Origin: Klebsiella phage KpLz-2_45
Strand: one strand, 5' to 3'
DNA: 64,000 bases
Sequence record: MN871446.1
The notes under the pieces are model-generated. The model saw only the letters and a list, made by a program, of their open reading frames with translations. It did no database searches and had not been told where the DNA came from. Of the stretch, positions 35,691-45,401 are shown piece after piece; position 1 is the stretch's first letter; the number at the start of each line of letters is the position of its first letter. A program made the position numbers and the translations under genes.

Positions 35691-36986
35691 ATGAAACATA
35701 CTCGTAAAGTACTCGAAGCCCTTGCTTCTACTCCCTCTTTGGAAGCCCAAGCGTTTATCGATATCCCGGAAGGCGACGCTGGTGAGTTAGGTTTACTGGC
35801 CCTCGAAGCCTATGAGCTGACCAGTGAGGTGGTCGATCAACTCGATGAATCTGCGATTCTCGATGACAAATCCGAACGCGGTGAACTCCTGAAAGATTTT
35901 ATCAGTAGTGAAGTCGTAGGCGAAGATCGTATCGCCACCCCGGCTGAAATTGCGCTTATCGAACAAGCGACCGATGCGGTAGTTGACGGCACCGGCGAAA
36001 CCGTAGAAACCGTCATCCCTTCTCTGGAAGCATTTGAAATCAAAGGCGCGTCTGAACCTGCCCTTGAAGCGCTCGGCGAAACCGTCAGTAACTTCATGAA
36101 AGGCGCGGTTCAGTTAGTCAAGAACGCCGGCGAGTCTTTCAAGAAATATGTGAAAGGACTGTTCTCTCGTTTGGAAGCTCTGAAGAATCTGGTGTCTTCC
36201 GTCGAGAAGAAAGCGGCTGATGCAGAGTTTAAAGACAGTGTTCCGGTCAGTGAATCTTCCTCGGTTTACGTTGCGTGGGACAATAACAGTTTCGCAACGA
36301 CGTTTGACAAAGCCGTATCCGGTTTTGAGACTATCGCCAAGAAAACTGCGGAACTCTCCGGCCCGTATTCCCAGAAAGTCCTGACCAAGCATGATGAATT
36401 CGTTAACCTGGTACAGAAGACTTTTGATACCTCGTTAGGTCGCGGCGATGCCAAAGCAAACAGCCGTAATGATCTCGCGAAAAAGTTCATCGCTAATGCT
36501 GAGGCGTTAGACGCACTGTTCCAGAGTACCTTTACCGATGGTAAAGCGTTCGGCGGGATTTATATTTCTAACGGCGAAAGACTGGAGAAGAGCGAAGACT
36601 TCCGCGCTGTCTCGAAAAGCATTGGCGAGTCCGTACCGGATATCTACTTAGCCGGGAACACCGACGGTCGCGCCTTTGAAATGACCGGCGTAAACAAAGA
36701 ATCTGTGCGCCGTCTTTGCCAGATGGTCAAAGGGACGATGGGAAGTCTCTCCCGTACCAAAGTGACCGGTACCATGTTTAACGTTAACTTCTTTACTACG
36801 CACACCGACTTTGGTTTGGCAAGCTCTATCGTATTCGGGATCAGTAGCACCCAGTACCAAACCGCGATTAACCGCGTTAACCGGGCGTACATCAAAGCTT
36901 ACACGAAACCGTTGATGCAATTTATCAACCACTTCTTCCGTGTGGCCGAAGCCCAGCTGAATGTGGCCAAAAAAGCAATGAAATAA
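35691..36986 (+). CDS. acidic, alanine- and glutamate-rich protein 431 aa (possible structural or scaffold-like protein)
   Basis: Composition; rightward orientation like other structural genes; ends at a strong 13-bp-stem terminator. Confidence 0.35.
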   Translation: MKHTRKVLEALASTPSLEAQAFIDIPEGDAGELGLLALEAYELTSEVVDQLDESAILDDKSERGELLKDFISSEVVGEDRIATPAEIALIEQATDAVVDGTGETVETVIPSLEAFEIKGASEPALEALGETVSNFMKGAVQLVKNAGESFKKYVKGLFSRLEALKNLVSSVEKKAADAEFKDSVPVSESSSVYVAWDNNSFATTFDKAVSGFETIAKKTAELSGPYSQKVLTKHDEFVNLVQKTFDTSLGRGDAKANSRNDLAKKFIANAEALDALFQSTFTDGKAFGGIYISNGERLEKSEDFRAVSKSIGESVPDIYLAGNTDGRAFEMTGVNKESVRRLCQMVKGTMGSLSRTKVTGTMFNVNFFTTHTDFGLASSIVFGISSTQYQTAINRVNRAYIKAYTKPLMQFINHFFRVAEAQLNVAKKAMK

Positions 36987-36991
36987 AAGTA

Positions 36992-37021
36992 CTCCTCTCT
37001 CCGCTAAGGCGGAGAGAGGAG
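36992..37021. terminator. bidirectional terminator between convergent genes
   Basis: CTCCTCTCTCCGC-TAAG-GCGGAGAGAGGAG. Confidence 0.6.
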
Positions 37022-37045
37022 CTATGAGTAGTTTTATCAGGTAAG

Positions 37046-37411
37046 CTATTTAACCACTTTCCCGTTGAGGAGATCCACGACAAAAGCGCGTTTCTTCGTG
37101 TCTTCAATGCCAGGGAGTACAACGGCTTGAATAGCTGCTGGCACCGAGCGATAAAGTTCCACGTCAATGTCCTTGGCGTCTTTCCCGACACGACTATCGG
37201 AATAGCCAATGATCGTGGATTCGATCTCTTTGACAATAACCTCCAAAGGGACCGTTAATGTTTTCCAACGATCTTTCGCACCGTCATAGATACGTTGTAG
37301 CGTATTCGCTTCGCTACTGTTCAGGTAGAGCAGATCGGTGAAATAGGTCAGGACCTGTTTATTCTGAACAAGGCGATTAAACAACTCGTTGTCGAAATCT
37401 TTGAGGTACAT
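37046..37411 (-). CDS. hypothetical protein 121 aa
   Basis: ORF track. Confidence 0.45.
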   Translation of the reverse strand: MYLKDFDNELFNRLVQNKQVLTYFTDLLYLNSSEANTLQRIYDGAKDRWKTLTVPLEVIVKEIESTIIGYSDSRVGKDAKDIDVELYRSVPAAIQAVVLPGIEDTKKRAFVVDLLNGKVVK

Positions 37412-37416
37412 AATCT

Positions 37417-37803
37417 CTATCCTTTATGTTTACCATATATCCGACCGTATTTGTCGGTATGCGTCACAAAATACTGCGTGTTCAGTTGAAGGAACGATTC
37501 CAGTTGCATTAGCATCCGATCAAAATCATTACTGATAGAAGCAATAGTAATGTTTCTCATCACTCCCTGAGAGTAACGACTAGGTTCGTCAATCAACGTG
37601 TTGACTTCGCAACGGAGCATGAAGAAGTTCGAACCGTCGGGTTCTGCATTCCCGTCGAGAATATACTCTTTCACACCGTAAGAGGAACGCATAATGGCCT
37701 GCCAGCCTCTCAACGCTTCTTTAGAACTGATCGGAGTAACATCAATCTCATTGATGCGAACGACGCTCTGTGCGATCTGATTCAATCTTTTGGTGGTGTC
37801 CAC
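37417..37803 (-). CDS. hypothetical protein 128 aa
   Basis: ORF track. Confidence 0.45.
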   Translation of the reverse strand: MDTTKRLNQIAQSVVRINEIDVTPISSKEALRGWQAIMRSSYGVKEYILDGNAEPDGSNFFMLRCEVNTLIDEPSRYSQGVMRNITIASISNDFDRMLMQLESFLQLNTQYFVTHTDKYGRIYGKHKG

Positions 37804-37817
37804 TGAAATCCCTTTTG

Positions 37818-38471
37818 TTAGTCTTGTGACTCGTTAGATTCGAACTGAGTGCGTTTAATCGCTAACCAGGCTTCGGCGTGCTCAGGAAACTCCAGCAGTG
37901 TCGAACTGGCGATCCTATCCTCTATTTTCCCACGACCGTCCCACGGCTCGGCGTAGTAGTATTGCGGATGGACATTGGTCAGCGGGTTAATCGGGAACTC
38001 ATCCGCGCGCACCAGCCGGGCCGTACTGTAACCCTGCCAGTATTTGAACTGCGGTTTAGGGAAGTGATGAATAGCGTCATTGAAATAAATCGGGCCATCA
38101 ATTTCATATCTGATCAACCGGTGGCAACCACGGTGTACGTAATGGTCGTAATAATTCGACCACTTCCAATCGGCCAGGGTATTGGTTAATGGTCGCGGAG
38201 ATTGGTTGATCGAGAGTAACTCAATCGCTCTGACAACCTTAGGTGACAGTTCGAGAAGGTTCGCTTTTTCTTGCGCCTGCCTGATAAAATTCATCAATGG
38301 GAAGCGTGAGTTATTTTCCGAGTAGAAATCGCTTTGTTTTAAGAAAGAGGAGAAACGACTGAGTACTATCGCCGGTAATTTACTGTTGAGAAAAGGCGTG
38401 ACTTCGTGAATAAACTGCTTTTCTTTTTCGGTGAGATCTGCACCGTCTAAATGGATTTTGTTTTTATTCAT
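37818..38471 (-). CDS. hypothetical protein (~217 aa; start moved to MNKNK ATG at 38471)
   Basis: The listed N-terminal 41 codons overlap the upstream gene; internal ATG has a G-rich RBS. Confidence 0.45.
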   Translation of the reverse strand: MNKNKIHLDGADLTEKEKQFIHEVTPFLNSKLPAIVLSRFSSFLKQSDFYSENNSRFPLMNFIRQAQEKANLLELSPKVVRAIELLSINQSPRPLTNTLADWKWSNYYDHYVHRGCHRLIRYEIDGPIYFNDAIHHFPKPQFKYWQGYSTARLVRADEFPINPLTNVHPQYYYAEPWDGRGKIEDRIASSTLLEFPEHAEAWLAIKRTQFESNESQD

Positions 38472-38497
38472 TTTAACCCCCGTAGATTTACTTTTAA

Positions 38498-39061
38498 TTA
38501 AACGCCATTGAAAAGACCGCGGGTAAAGTCCCGTTCGGCATCCACCGTCGTGAGACCCGACGTACAAAGAACACCCTGTATGAAACCCAACCAACGGTGT
38601 TTCTTGGAGAGACTCTGTTCCTGGTCATTGCGTAGGGTCTCTAACATCGAGAGTAAATGTAACGCAGAGAAATAACCCTCCCCTAACTTGTCGGTGTTAT
38701 CTTCGATCATTTTACGATAACGCCGTAGAATCTCAGGGTAGAATTTTTTTGGAACCAAACCGATATCACCCAAAAGGTTATGAAGATAACAATCCCCATT
38801 AATGACCGTGTCTTCCTTAACAACCGTCCGCTCGTCTAAAAGAAGTTCTTCAATCTCTTCTTCTGGATGGGCCGTCACCACGATGTCGATAGGAGTAGGA
38901 ATACCGTTGCTCCCTGTCCCGTCAATGAGCGTTAAGAACATGAACCCTGCTAACGAAAGGGCTTCTTCCTTCGTTCCCGCATTGCGGTTACAATATCGAA
39001 GTATTTGTTTAATGTCAGAGAGGAACATCTCTCTGAGTGTTTCAGCGGTATGTTCTGACAC
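38498..39061 (-). CDS. hypothetical protein 187 aa
   Basis: ORF track. Confidence 0.45.
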   Translation of the reverse strand: MSEHTAETLREMFLSDIKQILRYCNRNAGTKEEALSLAGFMFLTLIDGTGSNGIPTPIDIVVTAHPEEEIEELLLDERTVVKEDTVINGDCYLHNLLGDIGLVPKKFYPEILRRYRKMIEDNTDKLGEGYFSALHLLSMLETLRNDQEQSLSKKHRWLGFIQGVLCTSGLTTVDAERDFTRGLFNGV

Positions 39062-39062
39062 G

Positions 39063-39344
39063 TTATAACCTCACGAAGAAGAGTGACCAGTTCATCATGG
39101 TCAGGCCGATGATCAAGTACAGGTAGCACCAGTTGAAAACGTACCTGGATGGGGATTTACGTTGACCTTCTCGTTTCAGGAGAAAAGAGAAAATCAATGA
39201 CAAAACCAGACCACCAAGTAAAAAGCACCCCGCCACTGAAGGCGGGAGGCGTATACCGGTAAAAGTTTTGAACAGAAAACCAACCAGGATCAGAATGAAC
39301 AAGAATACGAAGGAAACATTAGTACTGGGTGAAAATCGCTTCAT
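39063..39344 (-). CDS. two-TM membrane protein 93 aa (paralog of 39938-40213)
   Basis: Hydrophobic segments; N-terminus and LSLIF block similar to 39938-40213. Confidence 0.45.
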   Translation of the reverse strand: MKRFSPSTNVSFVFLFILILVGFLFKTFTGIRLPPSVAGCFLLGGLVLSLIFSFLLKREGQRKSPSRYVFNWCYLYLIIGLTMMNWSLFFVRL

Positions 39345-39346
39345 GA

Positions 39347-39937
39347 TTATTCAACGTCCGGATTACGAGGTTGTTGTAATGCCCAATGTTTAGAACAGAC
39401 AGAAACATACTGGTCATTACCACCCACGAGTACCTGAGGGCCGACCACTATAACATTACCTTCACCATCCAAACGCAGAACAAATCTGGCTTTTACCCCG
39501 CACCAACAAATTGTTGGTATCTCTTCGAGTTTATCAGCTATGGCTAAAAGAATCGCACTGGCCGGGAAAGTGTTCCGTTGAAAATCTGTCCGCAGCCCGT
39601 AACACAGAACGGTGACGTCGTAAAGGTCAACGAGCGATCGAAGTTCGTAAACGTGGAATGGCTCGAGGAATTGGGCTTCGTCGACCAAAATGACTTTAGG
39701 GTAATTACGATCCTTGTAAATGTCGTTTAGGAAAGAATCGTTTTTTCCTAGCATGACACAATTACCTTCTAACCCAATACGAGAAACCACTTTACCCACT
39801 TTATCTCGAGTATCAATCGTCGGTTTGTAGACATGAACCGACATCCCCCTTTCTCGGTAGTTGTACGCAGTTTGCAGTAGATTTGAAGATTTCGCCGAAT
39901 TCATGGCACCAAATCGGAAAACTAGTGCTGACATCAA
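39347..39937 (-). CDS. tdk: thymidine kinase
   Basis: FGAMNSAKSSNLLQTAYNYRERGM aligns with E. coli Tdk [24 protein letters not shown]; C-terminal Cys pairs (CWCG, SVCSKHW) for the zinc ribbon; 196 aa. Confidence 0.85.
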   Translation of the reverse strand: MMSALVFRFGAMNSAKSSNLLQTAYNYRERGMSVHVYKPTIDTRDKVGKVVSRIGLEGNCVMLGKNDSFLNDIYKDRNYPKVILVDEAQFLEPFHVYELRSLVDLYDVTVLCYGLRTDFQRNTFPASAILLAIADKLEEIPTICWCGVKARFVLRLDGEGNVIVVGPQVLVGGNDQYVSVCSKHWALQQPRNPDVE

Positions 39938-40213
39938 TTACACTCCCGCCGCTACTAAAGTTAATATCACAACCAACCCAGAAATAACGGCGGCGAAATA
40001 ATACCACCGCCGCTGATTTTCTTTTTTGTTGTTTTTACCTACGGCATCAACACGCCATACGCAGAAAATCAATGAAAGAATACCTAACCCCACTATCGTA
40101 AAAACCGCCCATAGACTGGGGTTGAGTTGATGTATTTTTTCGGATAACACCGCGACAGTGAGAATAACGAAAAACATCACAAACGAGAAATACGTACTAG
40201 GCGCCCAAGTCAT
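39938..40213 (-). CDS. two-TM membrane protein 91 aa (paralog of 39063-39344)
   Basis: See paralog; directly abuts the tdk start. Confidence 0.45.
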   Translation of the reverse strand: MTWAPSTYFSFVMFFVILTVAVLSEKIHQLNPSLWAVFTIVGLGILSLIFCVWRVDAVGKNNKKENQRRWYYFAAVISGLVVILTLVAAGV

Positions 40214-40227
40214 CTTCTTTCCTTACT

Positions 40228-40836
40228 TTAACCGTAGTAATCTACGCATTCAATGACCCATGCGTGAAACGCAATGGCCGCGCTTTCTGTTTGAAAGGTA
40301 ATTTCTTTATCGTCGATGAAAACGGTCGTATCATTTCGTGCGACGAGATTGACAGCTTTCCAGCGCACGTAAACAACCGCGCCGCCGGCGGCACCGGTCT
40401 CATGATAACTGAAACTGAATTTGTTTTCGTCGGCATTATCTTCAACCTCAGAGAAGAATTTAATGTCTTTTTCTGAGAATGGTTCCGCGTCATCACCAAT
40501 AAAATAACTGGAAGGAGACGGCATAGGTTTAGTATCATCAACGATCCCGTATGACTTCAACCAAAGGTCGGTAATGATATCTTTTGCCAGTGACGCGGAA
40601 CGGTCAGTGGGGAAATGTAAAAAAGCTTCTTTCTCACCTAAAACAAGAGCCACTGCCTGAGACCAAGGTAAATTTACCCCAGTTAATTCGGTGAAAGAGA
40701 CAATTTCCAAATTATTTTTTGATCTGAGGGCGATGCCGCCGGTACCAAGATCGTTAAAAAGGCCAAGTAGCGAATTAAGTTCAATATCAGTTAATTCCGC
40801 ATCGTCAGGGAGGTATTTATTGAGGGTGGCGTTCAT
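40228..40836 (-). CDS. hypothetical protein 202 aa
   Basis: ORF track. Confidence 0.45.
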   Translation of the reverse strand: MNATLNKYLPDDAELTDIELNSLLGLFNDLGTGGIALRSKNNLEIVSFTELTGVNLPWSQAVALVLGEKEAFLHFPTDRSASLAKDIITDLWLKSYGIVDDTKPMPSPSSYFIGDDAEPFSEKDIKFFSEVEDNADENKFSFSYHETGAAGGAVVYVRWKAVNLVARNDTTVFIDDKEITFQTESAAIAFHAWVIECVDYYG

Positions 40837-40848
40837 ACCGCTAAACTC

Positions 40849-41214
40849 CTATTTTACATTTCGTTTAAACAAGAATATGATAAGTCCAGGGTCCAACTCT
40901 GAAGATCCCTGGTATTCATACTCTGGATCAATCTCTTTCAGTAACTCGCCGATACGTTGACGCAGAAGATTAATTTGGGTTGCCAAGACAAATCGATAAT
41001 TGACTTCGCTGCCACCCCAAATAAAACGATTATTACTTTTAATCTGCACGATCAACCTACCGTTGTCGAGGTCTACTACCACAGTATTATTTAATGAAGC
41101 AGAATCGACAACCGACCCATTCTGTTTGTGATCAAACAGTTTACGTAAAATATCAAAAATGCGGTCGGATGTTTTTTGATATTCAATTGAACGTAATAAG
41201 GGCGAAGTCGTCAT
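40849..41214 (-). CDS. hypothetical protein 121 aa
   Basis: ORF track. Confidence 0.45.
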   Translation of the reverse strand: MTTSPLLRSIEYQKTSDRIFDILRKLFDHKQNGSVVDSASLNNTVVVDLDNGRLIVQIKSNNRFIWGGSEVNYRFVLATQINLLRQRIGELLKEIDPEYEYQGSSELDPGLIIFLFKRNVK

Positions 41215-41585
41215 AGCGCGGCACCCACCGTGTTCTTACGCACAGTGAAAGAAATCCCGGAAGTTTCAATGAGACTTTCCGTCTTATAGTCGTTTTCCGG
41301 TAGGAAGGCGACCAATAAATCTTTCAACGTTTCGACGTCTGCTGCGAGGGTAGTCGGATCATCCGTCCAATACGTTCCGTCAGGGTGAGTGATGTTGATA
41401 CGCAACATATTTGCTGACACTTCGGCGCCGACTTCGTAATGTCCTGCCCATCCGTACATTTGGGTATTTTCATTATTTTCAGCGTAGGCTTTGTAGACCG
41501 CGCTGGCATCGGAAAACTCTCGTTTAAATTCTTCGATTAAATGTTTGGCGATCATCGTGAACTCCCCATTGTTTTTTCTAACCAA
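41211..41585 (-). CDS. hypothetical protein 124 aa
   Basis: ORF track; ATGA overlap with the downstream gene. Confidence 0.45.
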   Translation of the reverse strand: MVRKNNGEFTMIAKHLIEEFKREFSDASAVYKAYAENNENTQMYGWAGHYEVGAEVSANMLRINITHPDGTYWTDDPTTLAADVETLKDLLVAFLPENDYKTESLIETSGISFTVRKNTVGAAL

Positions 41586-42139
41586 TCAAAGACGATCTGA
41601 TGAGAAAGGTCGTAGATGTTGATGCAAGGGATATCACGATCCCTTGCAATTTTAAAGGCAGACCGAGTACCGCCTTTCGGAAGTCCTTCGGAGTCCTCTG
41701 GCGCACACGCGATCAAAAACGCTGACGGCGATTCAACGTCTTCGCCAAGAATCTGAAAGACATTGCGAATATGGAAACGCTTTTGGCCGTCAGTTAAACG
41801 ATCCCAGACCGGGTGAACGGTCGAGATAATAGCCTCTGCTTTCGCAATGCTTTCCGGGCTGTAGTCGTAACGATCGTAGCGATCAGAGACAAAGACGTTG
41901 TCACGCTCGAAGGTTTTCCACGGAAGAAAGATCTGTGGGTCACGAATATAGTCCGCCGCTGAAAGCGAGTTCTCAAAACCCGATTGAAACGCTTGGTCGG
42001 CACCCGGCGCTTTCCCGGAGCGGATTGAGAACCCCTGTTCGCAAAGAAAGAACCCTAACTCTTTACAGAACGAAAAGTGTGCCTGTCCTAAGTCAGTGGA
42101 TCCTATCGTTGTCACGTAAGCAAATTCGGTCTTTTCCAT
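41552..42139 (-). CDS. Rossmann-fold protein resembling DprA/Smf or SLOG (LOG-like) domains
   Basis: SGKAPGADQAFQSG resembles the DprA G-x-A-x-G-I/ADxxAH nucleotide-binding loop; 195 aa. Confidence 0.35.
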   Translation of the reverse strand: MEKTEFAYVTTIGSTDLGQAHFSFCKELGFFLCEQGFSIRSGKAPGADQAFQSGFENSLSAADYIRDPQIFLPWKTFERDNVFVSDRYDRYDYSPESIAKAEAIISTVHPVWDRLTDGQKRFHIRNVFQILGEDVESPSAFLIACAPEDSEGLPKGGTRSAFKIARDRDIPCINIYDLSHQIVFDWLEKTMGSSR

Positions 42140-42151
42140 ACTCCCTCCAAA

Positions 42152-42232
42152 TTATTCATCGTCATCGTCATCGCTGTCGTCGTTGCTTTGACCCAGTAAA
42201 ACCAAAACCAGTAAATCGAGTAAATCAGACAT
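42152..42232 (-). other. 26-codon micro-ORF: hydrophobic N-terminus plus poly-Asp tail
   Basis: MSDLLDLLVLVLLGQSNDDSDDDDDE; stop lies 12 nt upstream of the 41552-42139 start, whose RBS GGAGGG sits in the gap; could be a leader peptide or chance ORF. Confidence 0.2.
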
Positions 42233-42348
42233 TGTTTAATCACCTTATTTTTTGTTAATGATGTTAACTGCAATAGGGTGATATAGTTATCAAACTAATT
42301 GGAACGGTAGTGAAAAGAGAACGGTAATTTTCCTATGACAATAACCCC

Positions 42349-44586
42349 ATGAGAAAGGTAACGGTAATGAGTGACTTCGGGAATAAGATCAGTGAATTAA
42401 ACAGTTTGACTAGCGGGAATATGGCAGGAGAGTTACCGCTAAGTCTGACGTTATCTAGCGGTACTTTAGCAACGAATAAGATCACGTTGAGTCAGGTTCG
42501 GGATCTTTTTGATTTTGACCATGCCTTTGAGACAGTGGAGGAAGGGATTGCTGCAACAGTAGAAAACCAACTCTTCTACGTTTATGTCGACAGTAACAAA
42601 TTATCGGTTAATGAGTATATCAGAACAAACATCGGTGCAAGTGCGGTTATTGGTAGCAGCGGCACGAAGAAAACCATTTATATCCCTGCGTTACTAAAAC
42701 ATATCCAAATCCAAGCGAATCAATTTTCAGATTTAACATCGATCCAACCGTCTTACGAAGGGCAAACGATTTATCTGAAAAGCTACTACGCAAATGGGAC
42801 TACAGGAGCCGGCCACTTTAAGGCGATTCGAAACTCTACTGTTGAGAATGACTTAGGAATTCATGTCCGGTATGATGGGCAATGGGTCTGGCAGCGTGTT
42901 CCGAACAAAGGGTCTTTTTCGGTGTTAGATTTCGGCGCCAAAGGGGACGGGGTTACTGATGATTATTTTGCTTTCCAGGGCGCAACGTTTGGTGTTTACC
43001 AATACGGCGGTGGAACGATAAATGTTCCACCGCCAGTGGTTGCCTATCGCATTACCTTCCCGGTGTTCTTTTTTGCGAATACAGTAATGAAAGGTCAAGG
43101 AATGGCCTCAAAAATTATTTTTGAGAACCCATTACTTTCTGCAAAAGGTCGTGGTGGTTTTGTGATGGGGAGTTCTCGCGAGGCAAACAGAAACAAAGGG
43201 ATGGCAGTTTGGCGAACTGGTTCTGTTACTGGCGGGAACGTGGCTGACAATACCTTCGTTAACCCAGCGCAAAAGCAATATCTTCGCGATAATCAGAGCT
43301 TAGCGCAATGTAGAAATTGCTCTATTAGCGATTTGTATTTAGTTGCCATTTACACGGGGTCGAATAAAAATGGCGGTTACGGTATCAACTTGAATAATGC
43401 CATGGATATCGAAATCGATTCTATTTACGGCGACGGTTGGACTGAGTTAGTTAACGTGGGGTCAGATACTATCCCAGAGACGCCATCTTGTTATCGCGTC
43501 AATATCCGAAACCTTTATTGCTTAACTCCAAATCAGGACAAATCGTTCTATACTCTTTTCTTCGTCGCGAATTCGACAGACGTACACGTCGATAACGCCA
43601 TCCAATATGGGCCTTTAGTAGATGGTACACTAAACGGCTCTGGCGGTGCAACTAACCTTTGTGAAGATGTTTCCTTCACTAACATCAAAATCATGAACCT
43701 GGGGCGTTCTGCAAGTTCTGAGGGGCTGTTAATCAATAACACGAAAGGTTGTATTGTCCGCGGTTTATTTGTAAACAATGCAAAGAATGGTCTTAGTACA
43801 TTTTATTCTGATACGACCTTTAATGACGCTAACAAGCCAAACTTTTTTAGCAATATCGAAGTGACAAATTCAGACAACGGTATTAGTATCGCTGGGAAAT
43901 ACGGGATCTTCAATGATCTTAAAGTGAGCAATGTTATTTACGACACTTATTTCAGAACATCGAACGCCCAATTCAATGTGCTGAAGTTCAAACCCCAGAA
44001 ACCGTTCTACCGAGAAACCCAGTCTGCATTCGGTTTCTTCCAGAACAATACGATAAAAGGGTATAAGATCGGTTACATTTATGTCACCCCGACAGCGTAC
44101 TTAGTGACCCCGGCAAGTGAACTGACACGGTACGATGGACGTTTCATCGCCACTGGCACTACAGACGTTATTTTACGCATTCCGATACCAACCCATGTCA
44201 ATGGAGTTGGCGATGTCAGGGCTTATCTGACATTTAATAAAAACTCATTAGCGGGTAACGCTAACGGTGCAACGAATTTCGCTATGACTTTACGTCGACT
44301 CCCTTCATGGGACGGTAACATCGGTAACACTTTGTTCACTGAATTGACCAACAGTAAAGTTTCCACTGTTGACAATACAATGAATCCGCAAGATACAACT
44401 ATTGTTTGTCAACCCTCCTCTAACACGGCAAACTCCTCACCGGAGGCGTACACCTTGGGGTATGTCCCTATGCGAGGTTCTGTTAATGGGTTAGACAATG
44501 CGTTGGAGTTACTTGTCACTATGACCAATAACGTGCCAAATAACTACATTAAAGAAATACGTATTTCAGTGTTACTTGACGATTGA
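42349..44586 (+). CDS. tailspike or tail fibre with right-handed beta-helix (pectate-lyase-like) domain
   Basis: VLDFGAKGDGVTDDYFAFQGA matches the Pectate_lyase_3 N-terminal motif of phage tailspikes; 745 aa; Asn/Gly/Thr-rich repeats; strong terminator 44599-44640. Confidence 0.7.
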   Translation: MRKVTVMSDFGNKISELNSLTSGNMAGELPLSLTLSSGTLATNKITLSQVRDLFDFDHAFETVEEGIAATVENQLFYVYVDSNKLSVNEYIRTNIGASAVIGSSGTKKTIYIPALLKHIQIQANQFSDLTSIQPSYEGQTIYLKSYYANGTTGAGHFKAIRNSTVENDLGIHVRYDGQWVWQRVPNKGSFSVLDFGAKGDGVTDDYFAFQGATFGVYQYGGGTINVPPPVVAYRITFPVFFFANTVMKGQGMASKIIFENPLLSAKGRGGFVMGSSREANRNKGMAVWRTGSVTGGNVADNTFVNPAQKQYLRDNQSLAQCRNCSISDLYLVAIYTGSNKNGGYGINLNNAMDIEIDSIYGDGWTELVNVGSDTIPETPSCYRVNIRNLYCLTPNQDKSFYTLFFVANSTDVHVDNAIQYGPLVDGTLNGSGGATNLCEDVSFTNIKIMNLGRSASSEGLLINNTKGCIVRGLFVNNAKNGLSTFYSDTTFNDANKPNFFSNIEVTNSDNGISIAGKYGIFNDLKVSNVIYDTYFRTSNAQFNVLKFKPQKPFYRETQSAFGFFQNNTIKGYKIGYIYVTPTAYLVTPASELTRYDGRFIATGTTDVILRIPIPTHVNGVGDVRAYLTFNKNSLAGNANGATNFAMTLRRLPSWDGNIGNTLFTELTNSKVSTVDNTMNPQDTTIVCQPSSNTANSSPEAYTLGYVPMRGSVNGLDNALELLVTMTNNVPNNYIKEIRISVLLDD

Positions 44587-44598
44587 CACATCAGAAAT

Positions 44599-44640
44599 AC
44601 AGAGAGGAGCCAGACGGCTCCTCTCTGTTTATTTTCTTTT
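44599..44640 (+). terminator. terminator after tailspike 1
   Basis: CAGAGAGGAGCC-AGAC-GGCTCCTCTCTG plus TTTATTTTCTTTT. Confidence 0.75.
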
Positions 44641-44889
44641 CAGTGCCACAATCACAAGCCCCAATACAGGATCCATTGAATCTGTTCTCACCACCCCGTG
44701 GCGCGGTAGCTCTAATATCAGTTGTGTAATGCGATGTTTCTCTGCGTCCGATAATGTACTTAGGTCTAATGAGTGAAAGTCTTCCACCAAACGAAGTTCA
44801 TCGTCGTTATACGGAAAATCCCATTCTTTCATATCACTCAATTTATTACCTGGAATGTAGGTCACACTGACACGAGTAAATTTAGTCAT
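44629..44889 (-). CDS. hypothetical protein 86 aa
   Basis: ORF track. Confidence 0.4.
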   Translation of the reverse strand: MTKFTRVSVTYIPGNKLSDMKEWDFPYNDDELRLVEDFHSLDLSTLSDAEKHRITQLILELPRHGVVRTDSMDPVLGLVIVALKRK

Positions 44890-45401
44890 TGCCAGGTTAC
44901 CTCTTTAAACTCAGAGAAGAATTCACGTTCAGGTATTGTTTTTGTTTCCCTTTCAATAGAAACAAAACTCCCAACGATAGACCATTCCACAGGGAAGTTG
45001 TTAGTCATTACTCGATTAAACCCTTGAAAAAGACGACCTTCTTTAATCGAGTAATAATACGCTTTGGGGTCCAAATCTTTTGTTTCTTTTAACCGTAAGT
45101 TTTTTTCTGGGCTATAGGTTAATTGGTACAAATCATCCGGTATAGCCTTTACTTTCTTCTCCACCAAAGAAAACAAATAATGCAACTTACAACCCCCGTC
45201 GAAATCTCCGCTGCGTAAGTATAAGAAAATATCTCCAAGTGTATTGTCCTTGATAAAAGTAGCAGGGGTATTGTTTTTACTTTTAAACATACGCCAGGTT
45301 CCTTTAATAAAATGGTGGGTGGTAAAACCACCCACCATAGATTTATTCTGCGTAGATCGCCAACGCAGTTTGACAGATAGGGGAACGCACACAATCGTCA
45401 T
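44886..45401 (-). CDS. hypothetical protein (start uncertain; listed N-terminus overlaps phoH)
   Basis: ORF track. Confidence 0.4.
   Translation of the reverse strand: MTIVCVPLSVKLRWRSTQNKSMVGGFTTHHFIKGTWRMFKSKNNTPATFIKDNTLGDIFLYLRSGDFDGGCKLHYLFSLVEKKVKAIPDDLYQLTYSPEKNLRLKETKDLDPKAYYYSIKEGRLFQGFNRVMTNNFPVEWSIVGSFVSIERETKTIPEREFFSEFKEVTWQ

Noticed and set aside
36114-36490. Minus-strand ORFs (92 and 74 aa) inside the 431-aa plus-strand gene
   Set aside because: They are antisense to a long coherent ORF that ends in a strong terminator, and are likely spurious.
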